From an uncultured Gammaproteobacteria bacterium (lineage in GTDB: Bacteria > Patescibacteriota > Microgenomatia > Daviesbacterales > UBA10151), in NCBI GenBank assembly GCA_964523515.1, contig CAZFZP010000001.1, positions 59,715 through 102,721 of the forward strand: a stretch of DNA of 43,007 bases, given 5' to 3'. Position 1 is the first letter of the stretch; each line of letters opens with the position of its first letter. A program made the translations under genes and the position numbers. This document shows, in pieces, positions 35,331-43,007 of this stretch. The notes beneath the pieces were generated by a model. It worked only from the letters and a program-made list of their open reading frames with translations, did no database searches and was not told where the DNA came from.

Positions 35331-36562
35331 CTCTTTGTAAATTTAGCAATTCCATAACAGGTTAATATCCCCATAAATAACCACCCTACCAAACTAACTG
35401 TCCACACTCTGTCTGGATAGTAAAGGCTACCCGGTAAGGCAAGCAACAGTAGTAAAACCAACACCCTCTGAAGCCGTCGATCTTTATTAGTCACAATTCT
35501 AAAAAATCCATAAATTGCAGGCAGGATAAGTAAAACTGTCCAACCATTAAAATATAAGCTAGGTTGAAAATATGATAACCACTGGATTGTTCCCACCACT
35601 ACAATCTGTATTTTATTGGTTAATAACCAATTTAATAAATATGGCATTCCAGCTGCTTCCCCATAACCTCTAATGGTATTTATTCCATTTATAACTGTTA
35701 GGGAAGTAAAAATTGTTGGGGAAAATAGCTTTAGAGTTAGAAACCAGTAAGAAAAAATTCCTAAAATAACAGGTAGTATTAACTTATTCTCAAAAATCTT
35801 ACCAAGTCTTAGCGTGAGCTGAATTAAATGAAACTCCGCCCTTCCATGATATTTTTTAGCAGATTCAACTAAAAAGGTCGGGGTTGTTTGTCCCTTGCCA
35901 GAGTAACCAACTTCATGGACTAACTCTACTCTTGGTTCAAACCCAACTTGTAAACCCACTCTCTCTAATCTTCTGCAAAGATCAAACTCCTCATAATACA
36001 TGAAGAATCTTTCATCCAAACCTCCTATTTTTAGATATACATTCCTACTCATCACCAAACATGCTCCGTAAATTGTCTCCACCTTACATAATTCGTTACA
36101 ATACGGTGTATAAAAATCATAACCTGCCTTCACATGGAAGATATATTCTTTTATTGCGTTTATCATGGTAGGGTAATTTCTCACTGAAGGTTGTATGGAA
36201 CCATTATTATTTATAAATTTCGGTCCCACTAATCCAAACTTTTTATGATTAATCAAATCATCAACTAGAATATTAAATCCATTCTTAGCTCTTAAAATGG
36301 TATCGGGATTTAAAATTACCAGATAATCTCCACTAGCATGTTTAACTCCAAGGTTTACACCCTTAGAAAAACCCAAATTTTGATTACTTGTAATTAGATT
36401 TACAGATTTAAGTGATTCCACAACCCGACAAGTTAAATCAGTAGAATTGTTATCTACCACTACGATCTGACAACCAGGATTTTTATCAGTTATAGAGTCA
36501 ACACATTTTTTAATTGTCCCAGCATTATTATAAGTAACAATAATAACCGAAATTAAAGCCAT
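35327..36562 (-). CDS. GT2 glycosyltransferase (WbbL-like) fused to a C-terminal membrane domain
   Basis: SVIIVTYN, VDNNSTD, NLGF, LNPD, GAC and DERFFMYYEE.D, followed by about 150 aa with about 4 TM helices. Confidence 0.88.
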   Translation of the reverse strand: MALISVIIVTYNNAGTIKKCVDSITDKNPGCQIVVVDNNSTDLTCRVVESLKSVNLITSNQNLGFSKGVNLGVKHASGDYLVILNPDTILRAKNGFNILVDDLINHKKFGLVGPKFINNNGSIQPSVRNYPTMINAIKEYIFHVKAGYDFYTPYCNELCKVETIYGACLVMSRNVYLKIGGLDERFFMYYEEFDLCRRLERVGLQVGFEPRVELVHEVGYSGKGQTTPTFLVESAKKYHGRAEFHLIQLTLRLGKIFENKLILPVILGIFSYWFLTLKLFSPTIFTSLTVINGINTIRGYGEAAGMPYLLNWLLTNKIQIVVVGTIQWLSYFQPSLYFNGWTVLLILPAIYGFFRIVTNKDRRLQRVLVLLLLLALPGSLYYPDRVWTVSLVGWLFMGILTCYGIAKFTKR

Positions 36563-37701
36563 TAGTTAGGTTTTACCGGCTTAACATGGATAATAATTAG
36601 CAACATTACTAAACCACTAAAAACGCTGTGTAATAAACTTCTTGAAAAATTATAGTCTACACTAACTCCTAACTGCTCCCAAATACTCAAAGTCCTTTCT
36701 GGACCAGAAATTATCGGTGAAAATATCCCCACCGTTAATGAAGGGTCGAAGAAAAATAAAGACCCCAGCCAAGTAAGCAGTACTCCAACTATTATTAATG
36801 ACTGCTTAAAATTAGACTCTACTAAATCAATTATTAAAAATGGAGTCAACCAAATCAACCATTGGGGATGTGTGTGGGTAAAGATAAAAAATAAAGATAA
36901 TATTACTAATCCTCTCTTCCACAGATATCTAACATCTATTTTGTGATAATAGAAAAGACCGTACAGAACAATCAATAAAGTTGGAAATACTAAGATTGAC
37001 TGACCACCTGAGACTGGGATAGAAGCATAAAAGCTCTTTAAGGACTGAGAGGCCATTAAAGCTGACGATCTAAAACCTTCTGATGAAAAGTAGATTAAAT
37101 TTCCAATTATATATGGACCAAGAATTAGTATTACTAAAACTAATCTTTTTAGCCAACTATTTACCTGTAAAACAAAAGGGATAAGTAAAAAAATCGGAAA
37201 GATCTTAAATGCTACTCCCATACCTAAACTTAATCCACCCCAAAGCTCTTTACCTTTAATAAACAATAATAAGGATAAAACAACAAACATGGTAGGAATA
37301 ACATCAAATTGTCCCATTAAATATGTAGTATATAAATTAATCGGGTTAAATAACCAAAGACTCAAACTAAGTATCTTCTGTTTTTGACTGGAAAAAAATC
37401 TCATCAAAGATAACCCTAATATTAGATCAAAAGGTAAATATCCCAGTTTTAATAACCAACCTATATTCTCTGTAAACGGCTTTAATAAAAATCCATAAAA
37501 ACCATCCAGTAAGTAAATTGCTGGCGGATAGTTAAATAACTGCTCCGGACTGCTTTGGTCATAAAAATTTAATATTTGTCCATTTGACATTATTTTTGAT
37601 GCTGCTACAAAATGGGCCAAATCTGGATGAAAACTTATTACCGATAATATTACTCTCAATACGATTGCCGAAACAACAATAGTCACTACCTTAATGTTCA
37701 T
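36562..37701 (-). CDS. GT-C-type membrane glycosyltransferase (GT87/ALG6-ALG8-like)
   Basis: R.......HPDL, FNYPP, LKL....D, WLFNP, GQFD, K..P and HPQW..W..P. Polytopic membrane protein. Confidence 0.75.
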   Translation of the reverse strand: MNIKVVTIVVSAIVLRVILSVISFHPDLAHFVAASKIMSNGQILNFYDQSSPEQLFNYPPAIYLLDGFYGFLLKPFTENIGWLLKLGYLPFDLILGLSLMRFFSSQKQKILSLSLWLFNPINLYTTYLMGQFDVIPTMFVVLSLLLFIKGKELWGGLSLGMGVAFKIFPIFLLIPFVLQVNSWLKRLVLVILILGPYIIGNLIYFSSEGFRSSALMASQSLKSFYASIPVSGGQSILVFPTLLIVLYGLFYYHKIDVRYLWKRGLVILSLFFIFTHTHPQWLIWLTPFLIIDLVESNFKQSLIIVGVLLTWLGSLFFFDPSLTVGIFSPIISGPERTLSIWEQLGVSVDYNFSRSLLHSVFSGLVMLLIIIHVKPVKPN

Positions 37702-38770
37702 TGGTTATCTCCATTATACTATTAACAAACTGGCTCTTTGAGTACATTTTTGTTTTTTTTCTGGCTGCATCTGAGATAATTTTTCCTTCTTTTTCATTTT
37801 TTATAAGACTACAAGTTTTATCAACTAACTCATCTAGAGTATCCCACAAGAATCCACTTACCCCATTTTCTACTATCTCAGATTGCCCACCCTTGTTAAT
37901 AACTACTGGAATACAACCCGCCGCCATGGCTTCCACTGTTGAGATGCCAAAATGTTCCCATTTTTGCGGATCTGTTTCTAGGTATCCCATGGCATGCCAA
38001 AATATACTCGATTCTTGATATAATTTTGTCAGATCGTTATAGCTTAAGTTGGAATGAAATATAATATTTTCACCTGTAGCTTTTTTTTGTAAATCTATAA
38101 AATATTCTTTATCGCTTTCATCAACTAAACCAGCCAAATGTAAACTCCAGTTTTTATCTTCTAGTCGCTTTGATAACTTTTTAAATCCCTCAATTAATAT
38201 ATGCTGTTTTTTAGTTCCCTCCCCCATAAATCTACCTACCCCCAAAATTTGTTTTTTCTTTTTATGTTCTCCTACAAATCTACTAGTATCTACTGGCGGA
38301 TAAACAACCCGACCTTTAATTGTTAATTTTTTTTCTATATGTTCTTTAGTAAACTGTGAGTTATATATGGCCAATTTCCAGCTTTTTAATTTAAGTATGT
38401 TTTTAAGTCCTTGTGTTTCTATGTTGGACAGAGGCATCTGAAAATGTAACACTGAATTCTTCGATGTGGATTGAAAGAGACTACCATCACAGTTATAAAA
38501 TAGCCAGTCATATTTTTTTAAAAAAAATATTCTTTGTAGCATAGCGCTTCCCTGTCCCATTGGTGCTTTTACAAAACTTACATTGTCTAGATTTAAACCA
38601 TGAATTCTAGAATTTTTTCTTTTCATCTGTTCAGGGTCCATGCTTGATAAATGAGAATCTAATAAAATATCAACTCTGTGTTTTTTTGATAATTCCTCCG
38701 CAATAGTAAGCATGTATTTTTCCCCTCCACCTGCGGTGTCTAAATAGGGTGTATATATTGCAATTTGCAT
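37691..38770 (-). CDS. GT4 glycosyltransferase (ALG11/ALG2-like motifs)
   Basis: GGGE, NSQFT, VVYPPV, VGRF and EHFGISTVEAMAAGCIPV. Confidence 0.92.
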   Translation of the reverse strand: MQIAIYTPYLDTAGGGEKYMLTIAEELSKKHRVDILLDSHLSSMDPEQMKRKNSRIHGLNLDNVSFVKAPMGQGSAMLQRIFFLKKYDWLFYNCDGSLFQSTSKNSVLHFQMPLSNIETQGLKNILKLKSWKLAIYNSQFTKEHIEKKLTIKGRVVYPPVDTSRFVGEHKKKKQILGVGRFMGEGTKKQHILIEGFKKLSKRLEDKNWSLHLAGLVDESDKEYFIDLQKKATGENIIFHSNLSYNDLTKLYQESSIFWHAMGYLETDPQKWEHFGISTVEAMAAGCIPVVINKGGQSEIVENGVSGFLWDTLDELVDKTCSLIKNEKEGKIISDAARKKTKMYSKSQFVNSIMEITNEH

Positions 38771-38773
38771 ATT

Positions 38774-39583
38774 TTAATAACGGAAATCGTTCTTAAGAAG
38801 TTGTTCGTCAATTTTACTGTATGTTTCTGACAAAGATTCCATTCTTTGTAGCTGCCATAGTTTAACGTAGCTAATATACACCGAAAATGTTTGCAGTAAG
38901 CTGTCAATCACACCAACCGTCCCACCAAAAACACCACCCCTGGTTACTGTTTCCTTCCATAATTGAGTAAACAAAATCTTTATAAATCTTGGACCCGTCA
39001 TCTTGGGGTGACTATCTTTCAATTTTAATCCAGCATCTATATTTCCCCAGGATAAACTTTTCAAAACCATTGAATCAATATCACGATGCGTCAGGTGTAA
39101 AAATGGATTTTTAAACCTTCCAACCTTTCCATCTACCACTGGCTGTTCATGCACTTCTCCTTGATAACCTTTTAACTTATCTTTTTTAAATAACCTGACT
39201 ACAAAATCTGGCCAAAAAGCTTTGTATGATTTTTCCTCACCTAAAATTATATTTCTTCTCGGAATGGCCCAAGCTACTTCTTGAGAATCTAACTCTCCCA
39301 TTTTTTGTAAAATTTCTTCTTTTAGGAAACTCAAAACTCGTTCGTCAGCATCTACAAATAAAACATAATCCCCTTGGGCTTTTTCCAGAGATTGATTTCT
39401 CCATCCAGCAAAATTATTCCCTGTTACTTTAATTACCCGATCAGTATACTTTTTTGCAATCTCTAAAGTTTTATCCTCTGAGCCACTGTCTGCCACGATT
39501 ATCTCGTCAGCCCATTTTACAGATTCTAAACATGTTTTTAACATACTTTCCTCGTTTTTTGTGATTATAATGACACTTAACAT
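38774..39583 (-). CDS. GT2 glycosyltransferase (LgtF/WaaE-like)
   Basis: MLSVIIITKNEE, DSGSED, VDADE, PRRN, WPD...RL and VHE. Start placed at 39583. Confidence 0.92.
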   Translation of the reverse strand: MLSVIIITKNEESMLKTCLESVKWADEIIVADSGSEDKTLEIAKKYTDRVIKVTGNNFAGWRNQSLEKAQGDYVLFVDADERVLSFLKEEILQKMGELDSQEVAWAIPRRNIILGEEKSYKAFWPDFVVRLFKKDKLKGYQGEVHEQPVVDGKVGRFKNPFLHLTHRDIDSMVLKSLSWGNIDAGLKLKDSHPKMTGPRFIKILFTQLWKETVTRGGVFGGTVGVIDSLLQTFSVYISYVKLWQLQRMESLSETYSKIDEQLLKNDFRY

Positions 39584-39584
39584 A

Positions 39585-40436
39585 TTACTTAATGTAACTT
39601 CCTTTACCCAAATTATTAAGTAAAAAATCAAAAAAAGCTTGTCTTCTGATAGGATTTCCAATATTTATTAAGACCTCCCGGAGCAAGGCAAATTGTGTCC
39701 TTAAAGATAAAAACTTGTGCGCAAACACCATCCTATTTCTGGTAAGAAAATAATCTTGTAGGGATGAGCCCAGTCCTGTTGATTGGGCATTTTTGTGGTA
39801 CATTACAGCATTTGGTATATATGTCACTTTAATCCCCTTTATTTTAGCCCTGAAACACAGATCTACATCTTCTAAATACAGAAAGTATCTCTCATCAAAT
39901 AGACCAACTTGATTAAATACTTCTGCCCTAACCATCATACCAGCCCCAGTTATAAAATCCACCTGTTTGTTGTTTTGATACTGACCTACATCTTGCTGAT
40001 CCACCCCAATGTGAGTACCCAATACATTATTTTTATCCAGATGACCGCCCGCAAACCAAATTGTTTTTTTATCTTCAAACATTATCTTAGGCCCAACTAT
40101 TCCACTCCCTTCATTACTTATCTCCTTAATTAATACAGAGATCGTATCCTCTTCCAAGCTTGTATCCGGATTAACGACAAATATAAAATTGCAGTCATCT
40201 TTCAGGGCCATCTTTATCCCAATATTGTTTCCACCTGCATATCCCAAATTATTCCCAGTTTGGATAAACTCTACTCCCTTGAACTCTTTGACCCTTTCTT
40301 CGATCCCATCCTCGGAATTATTATCTACCACATATATTTTTAGTGGCTGATGATCACTTTTAAAAATCGACTCAATACATTTTATTGTTTCTTCAACCAC
40401 TTTGAAATTTAATACAATTACTCCAACTTTATTCAT
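39585..40436 (-). CDS. GT2 glycosyltransferase (WbbL/rhamnosyltransferase-like)
   Basis: IVLNF, VDNNSED, NLGYAGGNN.G, NPD, TGAG, FDERYFLYLEDVD and RNR. Confidence 0.92.
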   Translation of the reverse strand: MNKVGVIVLNFKVVEETIKCIESIFKSDHQPLKIYVVDNNSEDGIEERVKEFKGVEFIQTGNNLGYAGGNNIGIKMALKDDCNFIFVVNPDTSLEEDTISVLIKEISNEGSGIVGPKIMFEDKKTIWFAGGHLDKNNVLGTHIGVDQQDVGQYQNNKQVDFITGAGMMVRAEVFNQVGLFDERYFLYLEDVDLCFRAKIKGIKVTYIPNAVMYHKNAQSTGLGSSLQDYFLTRNRMVFAHKFLSLRTQFALLREVLINIGNPIRRQAFFDFLLNNLGKGSYIK

Positions 40437-41356
40437 CGGTTTTTTAATTTTTGCAATATTCTTTTAATAGAATTGCTGGGGAGAGTTTTGAGATTTAGCC
40501 AATATTTTATCTCCGTACCACTTTCCTGACATAATAATTTAAGATCTTCAAAGGTTATACTTTGCTCAGCAAAATTTCTCATCTCCCAAAGTTTGATATA
40601 TACAACCAAAAAGGAGAACGCCTGAAGCAATGATAGTGTTAATCCGTGCAATCCATCTTTATAACCATCGCTGGCAAAATATCTGCTTAAAAATTCACCC
40701 AGAGGTTTTTTAAACAAATCCTCCCAGTGAAAAACTGTTTTATTCTTGTATAACTCCTCAGCTTGAATCGAAGAATATCTGTTCATTCTCTCGATGTATT
40801 GAAATACAGAGGAGTAGTGGTTATGGACTATCGCAAAACCCTCATCCTCAGGAAGCCTTAAACCCAATCCATTAGTTTTAGGTTTACTGTGAATTTCATC
40901 TTGCCATTCAATACTCCCTAATTTAAAAAAACGGATATGATAATCTGGCCACCAACCTGAAGCCCTCATCCACTTTCCAAATATAATATTTTTCCTTGGT
41001 ATCTCAATAAAGGCTGACGCCACCTCTTTCTCGACCATCTCCATCAAACTCTTAGCCAATGTTGCTGGGATTACCTCGTCTGCATCAAGCACCAAAATCC
41101 AACCGTTTTTGGACTTGGAAATTGCATAATTTCTAGCTGGTTCGACATAACGGGTATATTTATGATACAAAACTCTGGCTCCTAATTTTTCAGCTATAGA
41201 AACTGTGTCGTCTGTAGAATACATGTCACAAACAATTATTTCGTCGGCAAATACAACTGACTTAATAGCTCTTTCTATATTTTTCTCCTCGTTAAACGTA
41301 TTTATTACAACTGAGATAAGCTGATTACGATGTAATGAGGTGTCTTTATTTGTCAT
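40433..41356 (-). CDS. GT2 glycosyltransferase (LgtF/WaaE-like)
   Basis: SVVINTFNEE, D..STD, LDADE, PRKN, WWPDY..R and GYKDGLHG. Confidence 0.92.
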   Translation of the reverse strand: MTNKDTSLHRNQLISVVINTFNEEKNIERAIKSVVFADEIIVCDMYSTDDTVSIAEKLGARVLYHKYTRYVEPARNYAISKSKNGWILVLDADEVIPATLAKSLMEMVEKEVASAFIEIPRKNIIFGKWMRASGWWPDYHIRFFKLGSIEWQDEIHSKPKTNGLGLRLPEDEGFAIVHNHYSSVFQYIERMNRYSSIQAEELYKNKTVFHWEDLFKKPLGEFLSRYFASDGYKDGLHGLTLSLLQAFSFLVVYIKLWEMRNFAEQSITFEDLKLLCQESGTEIKYWLNLKTLPSNSIKRILQKLKNR

Positions 41357-42959
41357 AACTTTTAATAACTAACGCTGGATTTTTATCACTAGTATGTATA
41401 ATATCTGCGCCTTCTAAAACTAGTGTGTCGGTCGCAGAACCAATGTACAAAACGTTTCCATTTAGTGATTTAACAAACTCTTGTATCTGACTATTTTGCA
41501 ACGAACCTATATATACATTTCCAAACTGTTTAAATCTAACGCTCGAAAGATAGCTTCTAGATTTGTTTTGATTAATAACATCTTTCGGGTCTATATTAGT
41601 ATACGCAGGGTAAGCATACTCTAGATTATCTATCCTATCGGATAAGATGACATAACGATACTGAGTTTTATTTTTTTCAACATAATCTGTAGCCAATTTT
41701 GCTGATTCTGACCAAAACCTGCCAAATTCAAAGGGGGCTAGAAAATAAAGTCGTTGCGAAAACAATAATATCTGAGCAATAAATATTATTACTAAAATCC
41801 ACCGAAGTCTTACTGTTAGATTAGATAACCCCATGGCCGACAAGATTATTAATGGAGGTAGCATCATAGCTGAACGTAAAAAATGTGGGTTACCAACTAG
41901 GGCTGTTGCTAAAGGAGCAACCATTACCCATGAGATTAAAAATACCAACAATCTTTTATTTTTATTCAGTAAAGATATAGCTCCTAGTAAAATAAATATT
42001 AACTCCACTAGATAAAAACCCCCAGAAACACTCATGTTGTGACGAGGATTTCCGTCGCCATGCAGGAAAAGAAAGTCAAAAGATAAATTTTTCAGATAAT
42101 TTTCAGTGTATAAAAAAGCATACTCCAGATATTTGTTTAATAAAATCGGTTTAATTAATTGTGGTATCTGGCTGATAGTTCTCTCCGAGTTTATTTTCTG
42201 GGTAATAGACTCCGCGATGTCCTTGGATGAAAAGATATTAATATCAACAAACCTACTTTCTGAATTATTCTGAATGGTTTGTAAAACAGAGAGTACAACG
42301 GCCGCAGTTAAGATGAGAGTACTAATCATAGTCACTAATATCTGTTTTTTAGAGAACAGCGTTTTTACTGAATTTGTAAACCACAAAAGAGATATTAGAT
42401 ACAGTGGTAGGGTTAATTTATAAGTCGGATAAGCATGAATAACTAGTCCAAAAGAGAGGGCTGATAAAATCAGGTACCACCTTCTTTTTTCCAGATAAAT
42501 TACTAAAACAGTTCCCAATATCAATAAAAACAAGGCAAAATTAGTCTCAAATCCTGCTCTGCTAAGGTTTATTCCCCAAGGAGAGGTGGCAGCTAAAAAA
42601 GCAGTAGCTAAAGCGGTTTTTTCAGAAAAGAATCTTTTTGAGAAAAGGTACAACAGATAAATTAACCCAACTCCTGATAGGAGTGATAATAATCTAACCC
42701 CTAAATAGTTTGGTCCAAACAAAGCCACAAATGGAATAGAGCCATAAACATACCCTGCTGGCCTACCAGCTCCCATCTCAAAGGTAACTGGCCAAGGATT
42801 ACCTAGTTGGTCAGTGCCGTTTTTTAGGAGTGAATAAGAATCCAGTGCGATTGTTAACTCATCTCCATATAAAGGAACTTTGTCCAGGTTATAGAGCCTT
42901 AAAAAAGCTCCCAGGATTAGAATAACCACCAGGATCAAAAGGTGCTTCGGAATCCCCAT
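41346..42959 (-). CDS. ArnT/PMT-like GT-C glycosyltransferase
   Basis: LRLYNL...P..GDE, GTDQLG, SPW.I.LSRAGFE, NYL......FLF..GDGNPRH and PHFLRS. Confidence 0.88.
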   Translation of the reverse strand: MGIPKHLLILVVILILGAFLRLYNLDKVPLYGDELTIALDSYSLLKNGTDQLGNPWPVTFEMGAGRPAGYVYGSIPFVALFGPNYLGVRLLSLLSGVGLIYLLYLFSKRFFSEKTALATAFLAATSPWGINLSRAGFETNFALFLLILGTVLVIYLEKRRWYLILSALSFGLVIHAYPTYKLTLPLYLISLLWFTNSVKTLFSKKQILVTMISTLILTAAVVLSVLQTIQNNSESRFVDINIFSSKDIAESITQKINSERTISQIPQLIKPILLNKYLEYAFLYTENYLKNLSFDFLFLHGDGNPRHNMSVSGGFYLVELIFILLGAISLLNKNKRLLVFLISWVMVAPLATALVGNPHFLRSAMMLPPLIILSAMGLSNLTVRLRWILVIIFIAQILLFSQRLYFLAPFEFGRFWSESAKLATDYVEKNKTQYRYVILSDRIDNLEYAYPAYTNIDPKDVINQNKSRSYLSSVRFKQFGNVYIGSLQNSQIQEFVKSLNGNVLYIGSATDTLVLEGADIIHTSDKNPALVIKSYDK

Positions 42960-42965
42960 ATAGTT

Positions 42966-42974
42966 AGATTATCA
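42966..42974 (-). promoter_or_regulatory. putative extended -10 promoter TGaTAATCT heading the long minus-strand operon, leaderless-type
   Basis: 6 nt before the ATG at 42959, with no SD sequence. Confidence 0.55.
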
Positions 42975-43007
42975 TAACTCAAAACTACTCAATCTGATAC
43001 ACTATGG

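Noticed and set aside
22720-42959. Calling the GT-C paralogs arnT (lipid A Ara4N transferase, polymyxin resistance)
   Set aside because: There is no arnBCAD-EF operon structure. Seven divergent copies indicate shared fold only.
1-43007. CRISPR arrays, tRNA/rRNA, IS/integrase, tandem DNA repeats, stop-codon reassignment
   Set aside because: Intergenic gaps are all under about 100 nt, I saw no repeat-spacer periodicity or transposase motifs, and TGA ends several full-length genes.

Overview
An AT-rich, extremely gene-dense 43-kb cell-surface glycosylation locus. It uses the standard genetic code, with TGA as a stop. It most resembles a Patescibacteria/CPR (Microgenomates-like) genome; this is inferred from the protein families, overlapping genes and scarce Shine-Dalgarno sites. 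The window encodes about 38 proteins: seven paralogous ArnT/PMT-like GT-C membrane glycosyltransferases, three other GT-C-like proteins (PIG-V-like, GT87/ALG-like, AftD/YfhO-like), 10 GT2 and 5 GT4 enzymes, a Wzx/MOP flippase, a Gfo/DegT/formyltransferase/2-epimerase-like nucleotide-sugar set, an SDR epimerase, a methyltransferase and an HD-domain protein. The best candidate for an undescribed system is the three-gene module at 153-3342. It comprises a small YLDPGSGS-motif membrane peptide, a NoeA-like kinase-fold/SAM-methyltransferase fusion and a membrane-anchored alkaline-phosphatase-superfamily (LtaS/EptA-like) transferase, and may attach methyl-phosphate-type groups to surface glycans. 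Other notable points are a repeated GT2/truncated GT-C/GT-C cassette, an AT-hook on a sugar epimerase, and recurring -10 boxes just upstream of start codons that suggest leaderless transcripts. I saw no RNA genes, CRISPR arrays or mobile elements. All assignments come from recognising motifs by eye; no searches were run.
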